Shown: positions 47,233 to 60,590 of the stretch, one piece after another
Layout of the letters: each line of letters begins with the position of its first letter
Position numbering within the stretch: position 1 is the first letter of the stretch
Origin: Macrostomum lignano
Taxonomy: Eukaryota
Direction: 5' to 3'
Assembly: GCA_002269645.1 (NCBI GenBank)
Contig: NIVC01003594.1
Coordinates: 24,977 to 88,976, forward strand
Length of the DNA stretch: 64,000 nucleotides
The notes under the pieces: generated by a model
Told to the model about the DNA's origin: nothing
The model's database searches: none
The model's input: only the letters and a program-made list of their open reading frames with translations
Program-made: the position numbers and the translations under genes

Positions 47233-48546
47233 ATGGCCCCCATCAACTGTCCAATTTGTCGCGAGCAGCTGGACGGCGAGAGCGAGTGCTCCGCACTGAC
47301 CAGCTGCGGCCACGTGTTCCACGCCAGCTGCGTGTCAGACTGGCTGGCCGCCAGCCAGCAGAAGATCTGCCCGGCCTGCAGGGCTCAGTCGCGCGGCCGT
47401 CCTCTGCGGCTGTTCTTCTCGGCCGATGAGGGGCTGCCCTCCCTGCCTGACCAGCAGCAGCAGCAGCAACAGCAGTCAACGTTGGAGCAGCAGGAGCTGA
47501 TGCTCATCCAAGAGGAAGAACGAGAAGCCGAACTGCATCAAGTGATGCAGCTATTGCACATGGAACAGGTGAGAGAAACATTAAACAGTAAAAGCTTTGA
47601 GGAAGCATCTAAAGCAGCAGCAAAAGCAGCTGAAGCAGCAAAAATAGCAGCAGAAGCAGCAGCGAAAGCAGCTGAAGCAGCAACAATAGCAGCAGAAGCA
47701 GCAGCGAAAGCAGCTGAAGCAGCAACAATAGCAGCAGAAGCAGCAGCGAAAGCAGCTGAAGCAGCAACAATAGCAGCAGAAGCAGCAGCGAAAGCAGCTG
47801 AAGCAGCAACAATAGCAGCAGAAGCAGCAGCGAAAGCAGCTGAAGCAGCAACAATAGCAGCAGAAGCAGCAGCGAAAGCAGCTGAAGCAGCAACAATAGC
47901 AGCAGAAGCAGCAGCGAAAGCAGCTGAAGCAGCAACAATAGCAGCAGAAGCAGCAGCGAAAGCAGCTGAAGCAGCAACAATAGCAGCAGAAGCAGCAGCG
48001 AAAGCAGCTGAAGCAGCACCAATAGCAGCAGAAGCAGCAGCGAAAGCAGCTGAAGCAGCAACAATAGCAGCAGAAGCAGCAACAATGGCAGCAGCGGAAG
48101 CATTAGAGTATTGCCTAAAAATTTCCTGAGACCGATACTTTTATAATTAACTGAATCAGTGGTTTTTTGCTACTAACAGTAGTACATGCAAATATTCCAC
48201 CGCTTCCTCTTGTCAGGAGCAGCGCCGTTTAGCTGAGCGCCAGTCGCGCGATGCGGAATGGCGCGCAACAGATGCGTCGCGCCAGCTGACCGAAGCCAAT
48301 CGGCGCTGCGACAACTTCAAGGAGAGGCTGGAGGAGGCCGAGAAGGAGCTGGCCGCGGCTTGGCGACGCGTCTCCGAGCTGGAGGCTGCGGCGAGGAAGA
48401 CGGCCGCGTCGCTGTCATCTCGGCAGGAGGTGGGCGCCAGCGAGGAGAAGCTGCGCAGCGACCTGGCAAATCAGCAGGAGCAGAACCGGCTGCTGGCTAT
48501 GGAGCTGGATCTGGTGTCCCGGACTCTGGCGCTGCAGTCTGGCTGA
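47233..48546 (+). CDS. TRAIP-like RING-H2 plus coiled-coil protein 1 (221 aa); exons 47233-47568 and 48217-48546
   Basis: [27 protein letters not shown] resembles the TRAIP N-terminus. Phase-0 GT-AG intron; exon 2 is a coiled coil. Confidence 0.78.
47590..48095. repeat. 42-bp tandem repeat, about 11 copies, in the RING-H2 gene 1 intron
   Basis: Reads [14 protein letters not shown] in the exon 1 frame. Confidence 0.92.
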
Positions 48547-48569
48547 GTGCTCGTTCTGATTCCACTCCA

Positions 48570-48898
48570 TAAGCCCTAATCCTTGTGAGAATCATCCCTA
48601 ATCCTCACGAGAATCATCCCTAATCCTTGTGAGAATCATCCCTAATCCTTATGAGAATCAGCCCTAATCCTCATGAGAATCATCCCTAATCCTCATGAGA
48701 ATCCTCATGAGAATCATCCCTAATCCTCATGAGAATCATCCCTAATCCTCATGAGAATCTGCCCTAATCCTCATGAGAATCATCCCTAATCCTCATGAGA
48801 ATCATCCCTAATCCTCATGAGAATCATTCCTAATCCTCATGAGAATCATCCCTAATCCTCATGAGAATCATCCCTAATCCTCATGAGAATCAGTCCTA
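48570..48898. repeat. 22-bp minisatellite (AATCATCCCTAATCCTCATGAG)
   Basis: Tandem units. Confidence 0.93.
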
Positions 48899-49424
48899 AT
48901 CTTTATCTATACTAATACAATGTAAAGAGGCGCCATGGAAACTCAAAATGTTACCCGATTCATACTGTGTTAATGCCAAATATTTATGCCGTGTACAGAT
49001 GAGCGAGAAACGCGTACAATTAAAATATTTTTCTTCAATAGTACAAAGCCAGATATGCGGTGATCTTTTTGGCTTTCAAAATTTGCTTAAACTGTTTCGC
49101 CATGAAAGTTTACTCGAATGGAGATGAATTTTACATTTTCACGCTTAGGTTCTTAAAGAATTAACCAGATGATAGTCGAACTTCTGTTGCCAAGCTGTTC
49201 TATACTTTTCGATTTGTTGGATTGTTTCTAGAGATGATATGCGTGTACAAACAAACCAAAACAGCTTTTATAATCTTTGCCAATGCGATTTTCTGCTATT
49301 TTAATTCGGTTTAAGAATAAGTCCGCTTCAATGTATTGATTTCGTATTTCAACTGCAAATTATCGATCAGTGTTGTTTTATTTTTGTTTAAATTTTACTG
49401 CAAATTTCAGCTGGTGGGCTGACC

Positions 49425-50050
49425 AGATCCTCAGTTGCTGCGCCAGCCTCCCAGATCCTCAGTTGCTGCGCCAGCCTCCCAGATCCTCAGTTGCTGCGCT
49501 AGCCTCCCAGATCCTCAGTTGCTAGATCAGCCTCCAAGATCCTCAGTTGCTGAGCCAGCCTCCCAGATCCTCAGTTGCTGGGCCAGCCTTCCTGATCCCC
49601 AATTGCTGGGCCAGCCTTCCTGATCCCCAGTTGCTGGATCAGCCTCCCAGATCCTCAGTTGCTGGGCCAGCCTCCCAGATCCTCAGTTGCTGCGCCAGCC
49701 TCCCAGATCCTCAGTTGCTGGATCAGCCTCCCAGATCCTCAGTTGCTGGATCAGCCTCCCAGATCCTCAGTTGCTGGGCCAGCCTTCCTGATCCCCAGTT
49801 GCTGGATCAGCCTTCCTGATCCCCAGTTGCTGGATCAGCCTCCCAGATCCTCAGTTGCTGGGCCAGCCTCCCAGATCCTCAGTTGCTGCGCCAGCCTCCC
49901 AGATCCTCAGTTGCTGCGCCAGCCTCCCAGATCCTCAGTTGCTGCGCCAGCCTCCCAGATCCTCAGTTGCTGCGCCAGCCTCCCAGATCCTCAGTTGCTG
50001 GATCAGCCTCCCAGATCCTCAGTTGCTGGGCCAGCCTCCCAGATCCTCAG
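49425..50050. repeat. 28-bp minisatellite, same family as 4770-5495
   Basis: CCAGCCTCCCAGATCCTCAGTTGCTG(G/C/A)(G/A) units. Confidence 0.93.
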
Positions 50051-50136
50051 CACTTGCTCAGGCTGGCAGAACTGATCCAGTGCCCCAACAATCACCCGTT
50101 TATTCTCTCAGCTCACCGCGCCGCCCCCAACACTTC

Positions 50137-51848
50137 ATGGCGCCCATTACCTGCCTGATCTGCCAGGGCGGCCTCAATGGCGACAGCATCTGCTCCGCTA
50201 TGCCCGCCTGCGGCCACGTCTTCCACCGGACCTGCCTGGCCGCCTGGCTCTCCGGCCGGGCCCGCCCAGCCATCTGTCCAGCCTGCAGGACGCCCGCCCC
50301 GTCACCCCCGCTCCGGTTGTACTTTTCAGCCGCCGGGATGATGAGCAGAGCGACGGAGGCGAGGATGAGACGGCCGAGAGGAGCGCGCGAGAGCAGAGGG
50401 ATCGTCGGGCTTCTGAGCAGCTAACGCGGGTTGGAGTTCCACTTCTAATTATTTTATATCGATAATTAGCGGCTAAATTTAAGGGCCTTAGGCCCGGATG
50501 CTGGGATGCCAAGACTCAATTGGGGAATGCTGAGGTGCCAAAGATCGATTGGGGAATGCTGAGGTGCCAAAGATCGATTGGGGAATGCTGAGGTGCCAAA
50601 GATCAATGGGGGAATGCTGAGGTGCCAAAGATCGATTGGGGAATGCTGAGGTGCCAAAGATCGATTGGGGAATGCTGAGGTGCCAAAGATCGATTGGGGA
50701 ATGCTGAGGTGCCAAAGATCGATTGGGGAATGCTGAGGTGCCAAAGATCAGTTGGGGAATGCTGAGGTGCCAAAGATCAATGGGGGAATGCTGAGGTGCC
50801 AAAGATCAATGGGGGAATGCTGAGGTGCCAAAGATCGATTGGGGAATGCTGAGGTGCCAAAGATCGATTGGGGAATGCTGAGGTGCCAAAGATCAATGGG
50901 GGAATGCTGAGGTGCCAAAGATCGATTGGGGAATGCTGAGGTGCCAAAGATCAGTTGGGGAATGCTGAGGTGCCAAAGATCGATTGGGGAATGCTGAGGT
51001 GCCAAAGATCGATTGGGGAATGCTGAGGTGCCAAAGATCAATGGGGGAATGCTGAGGTGCCAAAGATCGATTGGGGAATGCTGAGGTGCCAAAGATCGAT
51101 TGGGGAATGCTGAGGTGCCAAAGATCAATGGGGGAATGCTGAGGTGCCAAAGATCGATTGGGGAATGCTGAGGTGCCAAAGATCGATTGGGGAATGTTGA
51201 ACTGCCAATCTTAATGGGGGAATGCTGGGAGCGACTCAGCTGCCACAAGAAACAGGCCATTTATTCGTTAAATTTTTTAACAAAACTTTTGTAGCAATAA
51301 ATTTAGCTTCGCTTTTATCAGGCTACTTTCAGTAGGTTGGGCGCACATTCTATTTAGATTATTTTATTTTTACATGGATTTCATCTTAACCCCCCACCCT
51401 GCCCCTTCCCCGCCAGGCGCTTGGCGCGCTTCGCACAGAGGAGGCCGGGCGGCGCCTGCTGGAGCGCCAGCTGGCGTCAACACGGCGCCGCCTTGCCCAG
51501 GCCGAGGCCGACCTGGCGCTGGCTGACCAGCGCGCCGAGGCGAAAGTGGCTGGCCGGATTCGCGAGCTCGAATCCCTGCTGGAGGTGCTGCAACCGGCCG
51601 CCACTACTGCCGCCACTGCCGCCATTTCAGACGAATCTCATGCCGTCGGATCGGTTCAACAGGCTCAGCAGGAGCAGCTGGGCCGCCTAGCCAAGGAGCT
51701 GGTGGTGCGGACTCTGTCATACACATCGGCACCGCCTCATCAGTCTGGCAGGAGGCTGGCCCAGCAGCAGCAGCGATCGCGGCTTGCCATTCACCGGGAT
51801 CGGCGGTTTGGTAGCCGCGGACGAGGGGAGAGTTCCGATGAATACTGA
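50137..51848 (+). CDS. TRAIP-like RING-H2 plus coiled-coil protein 2; exons 50137-50429 and 51417-51848, with an apparent 1-nt frameshift at GGG 50335-50337
   Basis: CLIC..CGHVFHRTCLAAW..CPACR..LRLYF. The acidic and coiled-coil continuation is in another frame. Exon 2 LAKELVVRTL..QSG matches [15 protein letters not shown] in paralogue 1. Could be a pseudogene or a sequencing indel. Confidence 0.65.
50515..51240. repeat. 29-bp minisatellite (GGGGAATGCTGAGGTGCCAAAGATCGATT)
   Basis: Tandem units in the RING-H2 gene 2 intron. Confidence 0.95.
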
Positions 51849-51894
51849 AATTGTGCTCATTTGTATAGTCTAGAATATACAGGCTGAGATTTCA

Positions 51895-52610
51895 GGACTG
51901 AGTGGGGAGATGCTGAGCTGCCAAGACTCAGGGGGTGCTGAGCTGCCAAGACTCAATAGGGGGAATGCTGTGAGCTGCCAAGACTCAATAGGGAGGGGGG
52001 GGGTGCTGAGCTGCCAAGACTCAGGGGGGGTGCTGAGCTGCCAAGACTCAATAGGGGGAATGCTGTGAGCTGCCAAGACTCAATAGGGGGGGGGGTGCTG
52101 AGCTGCCAAGACTCAGGGGGGGGTGCTCAGCTGCCAAGACTCAGGGGGGGGGTGCTGAGCTGCCAAGACTCAGGGGTTGCTCAGCTGCCAAGACTCAGGG
52201 GGGGGTGCTGAGCTGCCAAGACTCAGGGGGTGCTCAGCTGCCAAGACTCAGGGGGGGGTGCTGAGCTGCCAAGACTCAGGGGGTGCTCAGCTGCCAAGAC
52301 TCAGGGGGGGGGTGCTGAGCTGCCAAGACTCAGGGGTTGCTCAGCTGCCAAGACTCAGGGGGGGTGCTGAGCTGCCAAGACTCAGGGGGTGCTCAGCTGC
52401 CAAGACTCAGGGGGGGGGGTGCTGAGCTGCCAAGACTCAGGGGGTGCTCAGCTGCCAAGACTCAGGGGGGGGGGTGCTGAGCTGCCAAGACTCAGGGGTG
52501 CTCAGCTGCCAAGACTCAGAGAGGGGTGCTGAGCTGCCAAGACTCAGTGGGGGGGGTGCTGAGCTGCCAAGACTCAGGGGGGGGGGGGTGCTGAGCTGTC
52601 AAGACTCAAT
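51895..52610. repeat. 24-30-bp minisatellite ((G)nTGCTGAGCTGCCAAGACTCA)
   Basis: Tandem units with a variable G-run. Confidence 0.95.
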
Positions 52611-53019
52611 GGCGCACGGCACCCCAGACCTTTCTACGTATCGTTAAGGATCACAAGAAGTTTTTGATTTGCACACGAAAATTAAAGTCGTTTTTTCTTA
52701 CATATTTTATAGTATGCTTAATGGTTCCTTTAAAATCTGTGTAAAATTTTAAAGCTTGCTTTCCGCACCTTACAAAATTTCTAGCGCTTTTTTTCTAATC
52801 GATCGATTCTTGGAAGTATTGGACTGAGATTTGCCATCTGTCTTCTCCTTTCTGCTTGTGGCAACCTGTATTTCAGTTTTTTTGTATTTTGTACAAATAT
52901 ATATTTTTATATGTAGATTAAGTCCTGCATTCAGTTATTCTTGTATATTAGCAGATCGAATTGCTGCTATAATTGCTTTTTGTTTGCATCATTTCCATTA
53001 ATCACCACCCACCCATTTC

Positions 53020-53700
53020 TAGAATCGCCCTGGACCCGCTTAGAGTTGCCCTCGACACACTTTTAGAAACGCCCTCGACCCACTTAGAATCGCCCTCGAC
53101 CCACTTAGAATTGCCTTCGACCCACTTAGAATCGCCCTCGACCCACTCAGTTATCCTAGAATCAACCTCGACCCACTCAGTTATTCTAGAATCAACCTCG
53201 ACCCACTCAGTTATTCTAGAATCAACCTCGACCCACTCAGTTATTCTAGAATCAACCTCGACCCACTCAGTTATTCTAGAATCAACCTCGACCCACTCAG
53301 TTATTCTAGAATCAACCTCGACCCACTCAGTTATTCTAGAATCAACCTCGACCCACTTCTAGAATCAACCTCGACCCACTTCTAGAATCAACCTCGACCC
53401 ACTTCTAGAATCGCCCTCGACCCACTTCTAGAATCGCCCTCGACCCACTTCTAGAATCGCCCTCGACCCACTTAGAATCGCCCTCGACCCACTCAGTTCC
53501 TAGAATCAACCACGACCGACTCAGTTATTCTAGAATCAACCTCGACCCACTTCTAGAATCGCCCTCGACCCACTCAGTTATCCTAGAATCAACCTCGACC
53601 CACTTCTAGAATCGCCCTCGACCCACTCAGTTATCCTAGAATCAACCTCGACCCACTTCTAGAATCAACCTCGACCCACTTCTAGAATCGCCCTCGACCG
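53020..53700. repeat. 21/30-bp minisatellite (TAGAATCAACCTCGACCCACTCAGTTATTC)
   Basis: Tandem units. Confidence 0.92.
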
Positions 53701-53851
53701 ATATTTAAAATCGCCTTCTAACGAATTTTACTCTCGTAGAAGCACATTCTAGTGATGTAGAAGTTTTCCTTCAATTTTCGAAGCATCCTACTATAAGTAC
53801 TTCAAGTAAAAATGCGCGCATTTTGTTATAAAAATTGTAATAACTCGATGC

Positions 53852-54174
53852 ATGGCAGGCTGCGCTAGCCAGACAATCCGCAACCCGCTGCAGCTGTACA
53901 GGCACTTGCTCAGATTGGTGCGCACCCTGCCGCCCGGCGCCAGGCCCTACTATTCCAATTATATTCGCCAGGCCTACAACAGCCACTCGGACGAGACCGA
54001 CCCGGATCGGGTTCGTCAGATTATCGACCGGGCTCTGCTGGATGCCGACTGGGTAGTGAAGAAGGTTAGCGGGGCTGTGTGTGCTGCTTGAGGGAGTTCT
54101 GATGAAGTTTTTAGCTGATATGGGTAGGCAATGATATGCAGGTAGGCAAGACACAGACACTAAGACAGACAATA

Positions 54175-54251
<77 letters not shown>

Positions 54252-54274
54252 CACTAAGACAGACAGACACACTA

Positions 54275-54359
<85 letters not shown>

Positions 54360-54416
54360 GGCAGACAGACACACTAAGACAGACAGACACACTAAGACAG
54401 ACAGACAGAGACACTA

Positions 54417-54469
<53 letters not shown>

Positions 54470-54571
54470 CACTAAGACAGACAGACACTTTAGACACTAA
54501 GCTATAGACACTAAGACAGACAGACAGACAGACACACAGACACACAGACAGACACACAGACAGACAGACAC

Positions 54572-54610
<39 letters not shown>

Positions 54611-54789
54611 CACTAAGACAGACAGACAGACAGACAGACACATTGGATAAATGATTAAGGTGTTACTGGACAGCTGCCGTTGCAATTCTCAGCAATAAAC
54701 AGCCTGATTGCCGCAGCCAACAGTGCACTCAGTACTTGCAACCCTCCCCCGCCGCTGCCTCAGTACGCCGCCCAGAAGCCGGCCGAGAA

Positions 54790-54793
<4 letters not shown>
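53852..54793 (+). CDS. LYRM9: LYR motif protein 9 (80 aa); exons 53852-54064 and 54764-54793
   Basis: [37 protein letters not shown]|YAAQKPAEK*. The splice restores the conserved ..DADW..KY ending. Confidence 0.85.
54150..54642. repeat. (AGAC)n-based microsatellite in the LYRM9 intron
   Basis: Direct reading of the sequence. Confidence 0.95.
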
Positions 54794-55907
<1,114 letters not shown>

Positions 55908-56464
55908 AAGCGGGGCCGCTTCGATGGGGTCAGCGTTGTGGAACTGAAGTCTGGCGGCAGCTGGCACCGCCTGCCGTGTGCATCCTCTGCCTTGTCCCAG
56001 TTTGTATAGTGTGAGGCTTAAATAATAAGTATTAGGGGAATGGATTGCTAATCTAGCCAACGTCGATATGATGAAGGAATAGAATGGATTGCTAATCTAG
56101 CCTACTTCATTTATAATGGAATAGAATGAATTGCTAATCTACGAGCGTAGCTAAGATTAGATTGGTAATCAAGGTAAATAATAAATCATCCGAGTATCTT
56201 CTTGCTAATGTGGAGCAAACAGTGCTAATCAATCAATCGATCAATAAACGCAAATAAATAAGCAATGCTTTTCGTGTCATTCAAAGCTTGTTTCATTTGT
56301 TAAAATGCGCTCTTATTGTTTAAATATACTCTATTCTGATCTGATTTAAGTTTTGTGTCTGGTGTCAGGCCTCAAGTGAAATGGAATCAGTCAGTTTGTT
56401 TTATTATTTGAATTTCGTCTAGATTTTATACACAAAATAAAACAAAACAAAACAAAATACATGA

Positions 56465-58140
56465 AACTACGGGTTCGATCCTCCAGTGTCGGCGGCTGGA
56501 GAACACGATGGCCACGGTTTTAGGCTCAGATAGCGTGAGACCGCAGCTGAGCGCCCAGCTCTCGACACGGTAGGTGAAAGCTTGGTGGGAAGAGGTCTCT
56601 TAGGCCACAGTGGCGGTAACGTCCGCATGGCCGACCTTTTGAACCGGGTCCGGGTACGGGCTGCTGAGGACTCCACCTGTATGTACCTCCACAGAGCGGG
56701 AGTGTCTCAGGAGGTGCGAGGTGGCAGTACGATGGGAGACCATGTACATGATCCAGCGAGTGAGGTGCTCAAAGAGCGCATTATTGAAAGCACCATCAAT
56801 GCCGAGGAAAAGCGAGTGCGCGTATCCACTGCCGAGTACAGCGCGCTCCAGCTTGTCGACAATAGCGTGCAGCGCGCCTTCGATGAAACGACTAGGTGTT
56901 CCATCAGTTTGAGGAAGAGACGTCAGACTGATAGGACGGTAAGCTTTGGCAAAATGATAGTTCCCTTCCTGGTATAAAGACTACCGTGGCCCTCTTGCCA
57001 GGCCTTGGGCACGTACCCGAGGGTAATGCTGGCCTTGAAGAGGTTGCAGAGGAGCCGAGAAACCTGTCATTTTTAACTGCTCGCGGAGGAAGGCAGATAA
57101 ATATTGTCAGGTCCCTGTGACTTGAAGGTAGAGAAGGATTTTGCGGCGGGAGCCGTCCTCTCTCTGGTAATGATGGTCGAAGCCAGGATCTGTCCAACCG
57201 GACAGTGGTCCGGTGGGCCTAGCTGCGGTGCGGCACATGGGAAAGAGATGGTGAGCATGATGTCCAGCGATTCCCCGGGGTTCTCAGCGAGCCGGCCGTC
57301 CGGTTTTTTAATGACTGAGAGCTTTGACATTTTGTCGAGGGTGAGAGCCTTAACCACGCGTGAAGTAGGGGGTGCCTTCTAACTCCGCGCAGTATTGGCG
57401 CCACTTGTCGGACTTGGCTTTCCTGGTTTCACGCTTAAAGTCGCGGATCGCGTCCTGATAAGCGGCCAGGTCAGCTGGGTCCTTGATCTTGCGAGTTTTC
57501 CGTTGGAGGCACTTTGCTTGCGCCGGAGGGATCCAAGTGCCAGGTGCCACCAAGGCGGATTTTTTGCCTTTGTAGGCCTTAGAGACAGGAGACCTCGTGG
57601 CTGTCAGACGGCTTGCTGAGCAAGTCTGCAAGGTCATCCACTTTCTGACAGGAGGTAGAAACGACGGTGGTCAGCTTGATCTGTCTGGCATTTCAGGGTT
57701 TCCGCAAGGCCGTCCAGATCAGGTGTTCAAGTGTTCCGGACGTTCCTTTTCCGTAGGATGTTAGACTTGGGGCGAGAGGATTGCAAGAGGAAGCGAACGA
57801 AGCGATGGTCAGACAGAGACTCCTCTTCGTCCCAAACCTCCCACCCTGACCAAAGGAGCCAAACCGTGGGAGACTAGGGTCACGTCGTCCGTCCATCGCC
57901 CGTTGCCGAAGGTGGGGTTCCACCTATGCTGCGAAACTCAGTACGTATTGGTGTGTACATGCAGATGTAAGCAAGGAGTTACTTGCCTCTGCTGTTGGAG
58001 GCATTGCTGCCACAGTGAGTGTGGTGGGCCGTTAATGTCGCCCGCCACCAGCAGATCAAACCTGCGGTTAGAGCAGTAGTCCATGAGGGAGGTAGGTTAG
58101 GGAGGTTCGCTTCCCTCGGGTTCTCCCTCTTTCTGCCCTC
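56465..58140 (-). mobile_element. Decayed internal fragment of a non-LTR retrotransposon ORF2 (APE endonuclease C-half plus RT N-half; R1/LOA/I-like)
   Basis: Minus-strand VAGDIN, SLSDHRF, KSDKWRQYC, KKPDG, FKSQGPDNI and AYRPISLTSFLLKLMEHLV, interrupted by stops and frameshifts. Confidence 0.85.
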
Positions 58141-58644
58141 AGAAGGTGCTTGGTATTGGTATATACCATGATTTTTTATTTTTGTCAAGACATACTTTAA
58201 TACAATATACAATATGGCCAGACAGAATCATAGTCCAGATTTTAACTCAATCCATCTTCCATCATCTTAGCCCAGATCTTAGCCCAGATATTAGCCCAGA
58301 TCTTAGCCCAGATCTTAGTCCAGACCTTAACACAATCTTAGCCGCCAGAGCAGCCCCGAGCGAGCTCAACTCGAGCTTCCAGGAACCGATCAGCGCCAGC
58401 CCAGCTGTGCCTGGTTGGAAAATCCAGCTATTTTTGCCATAATGCCGCAGTGTGCAACGGCAGCTCCCAACCCCCCTCCCCTCCGTAGCCCTCTGCACTG
58501 ATTCTCGCCAATATCTCAGCCGTATCTCTCACTGCTGCTGCTAGCTGCTCATATCTGAGTGCTTACGGGTGCTCAGCAGAGCTACAGGCTTACCGCTGCT
58601 CTCCGCCTACGCTGCCGTTCCGGAGGGCGACCGGCTGCCGCCTC

Positions 58645-58718
58645 GGGAATTCCTAGGCGCCTGCGGCTTTTCCAATGCCTCGAACGGATCGTCCGCCGGA
58701 GCGGGCAGCGCTATAAAA
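58645..58718 (+). promoter_or_regulatory. Candidate core promoter of secreted protein 1: GGGAATTCC (58645-58653) and TATAAAA (58712-58718)
   Basis: Motifs in a GC-rich patch 87 nt upstream of ATG 58805. They are short motifs with no functional proof. Confidence 0.4.
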
Positions 58719-58804
58719 TCACAGCTGAAAGAACTTCCCTCAAGCAATTATAAGTCCTCTTCTAAAAGCAGAAATTAATTCAAGCAAGCATTAATATTGA
58801 AACA

Positions 58805-59851
58805 ATGCTTTCCGAAGGAAAGTTCTTTGTTATGCTCTGCCTCGCCGTCTCGCTCGCCTCTGCTCAACCTGCTGGCCGCGCAAGACCAGCAGCGAGCAAC
58901 TTGGAGCTGGCAAAGAAGCACCTGACTCACGCTGCGGATGGGCTGCAAGCCTACGTCGAGAGCATCAGATTGGTTCGCCTGCTGAACAAGTCCATCAGTT
59001 CGTCTCTGATCGACTTCTCTGAACTGCTGCCATCTGGTGCCAGCCTACGTACTCAGCTGCACCGATTTCTGCTCATTGTTAAGCGTCTGGAGAGTCAGGA
59101 GGAGCCGCATGAGACTGGGTGAGTCTTCAGCTGCCGCTTTCTGTGATTTGTTGAGCTCCTTTCTGAAAGGTGCAAATCACTCTCTGGTTGCTTCAGGGAG
59201 ACCGTAATTGCTTTAGGGAAACTCTAATTGCTTCAGGGAAACTCAAATTACTTCAGGGAAACTCTAATTGCTTCTGGGAAACTCTAATTGCTTCTGGGAA
59301 ACTCTAATTGCTTCTGGGAAACTCTAATTGCTTCTGGGAAACTCTAATTGCTTCTGGGAAACTCTAACTGCTTTAGGGAAACTCTAATTACTTCAGGGAA
59401 ACTCTAACTGCTTTAGGGAAACTCTAATTACTTCAGGGAAACTCAAATTGCTTCAGGGAAACTCAAATTACTTCAGAGAAACTCAAATTGCTTCTGGGAA
59501 ACTCTAACTGCTTCAGGGAAACTCAAATTACTTCAGAGAAACTCAAATTGCTTCAGGGACATAGGAGAACTACCTACTCTATAAAATCGCACTCAATCCA
59601 CTGCCACTACTATTGCCATTACCCAGGTGGCTGAACCGGCTGGAATACATCAGGCAGAACGTGGCGCAAGCCTTCGACTACGTAGGACGCCACTTCAATG
59701 ACGCGGCAGCCGCCCCCTGTGCGCCCAGCTACCAGACCGCCTGCTGCCGCCGGTGCCGCACAAGCAGCGAGAACGTCGGTATCTGCGAGACTATGTTGTG
59801 ATTGACTGGCTGCACAAGCAGGTCATGCGGTCAATTCAAGAGCTCGGTTGA
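58805..59851 (+). CDS. Secreted helical protein 1 (LRDY family); exons 58805-59118 and 59627-59851, with an apparent frameshift at about 59701
   Basis: Signal peptide MLSEGKFFVMLCLAVSLASA; phase-2 GT-AG intron; the shifted frame gives PHKQRERRYLRDYVVIDWLHKQVMRSIQELG*, homologous to protein 2. Confidence 0.7.
59205..59560. repeat. 20-bp minisatellite (GGGAAACTCTAATTGCTTC[A/T]) in the intron of secreted protein 1
   Basis: Exact 20-bp period. Confidence 0.95.
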
Positions 59852-60004
59852 CCTAGTTTCAATTGAGTACATATTTGTAAAAAAATAAATTCTATATTAT
59901 AAATATCATAAATATACGTCAGAATCTACTTGTAAAATGTTGAATTGAAAAAAATCGCAAGCCTTAATAATTAGCTCGTATTTCTTTGATAAACTTTTGC
60001 TCTA

Positions 60005-60590
60005 TGAGGAATTGCTCAGATAGTGAGTGACTCAATGGGGAATTACTCAGATTAGTGAGTGACTCAATGGGGAATTGCTCAGATAGTGAGTGACTCAATG
60101 GGGAATCGCTCAGATAGTGAGTGACTCAATGGGGAATTGCTCAGATTAGTGAGTGACTCAATAGGGAATCGCTCAGATATTCAGTGACTCAATGGGGAAT
60201 CGCTCAGATATTCAGTGACTCAATGGGGAATTGCTCAGATAGTGAGTGACTCAATGGGGAATCGCTCAGATATTCAGTGACTCAATGGGGAATCGCTCAG
60301 ATTAGTGAGTGACTCAATGGGGAATTGCTCAGATTAGTGAGTGACTCAATGGGGAATTGCTCAGATTAGTGAGTGACTCAATGGGGAATTGCTCAGATTA
60401 GTGAGTGACTCAATGGGGAATTGCTCAGATTAGTGAGTGACTCAATGGGGAATTGCTCAGATAGTGAGTGACTCAATGGGAATTGCTCAGATAGTGAGTG
60501 ACTCAATGGGGAATTGCTCAGATAGTGAGTGACTCAATGGGGAATTGCTCAGATAGTGAGTGACTCAATGGGGAATTGCTCAGATACATG
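60005..60590. repeat. 31-32-bp minisatellite (GAGTGACTCAATGGGGAATTGCTCAGATAGT)
   Basis: About 18 tandem units between the two secreted-protein genes. Confidence 0.95.

Noticed and set aside
46318-48129. 603-aa ORF as one protein
   Set aside because: The first ~300 codons are translated (TGTC)n microsatellite. The real gene starts at ATG 47233 and splices at 47568.
48904-49410. A fourth Helitron starting A|TCTATACTAAT
   Set aside because: The 5' motif is suggestive, but I found no 3' hairpin/CTAG and no homology to the other copies.
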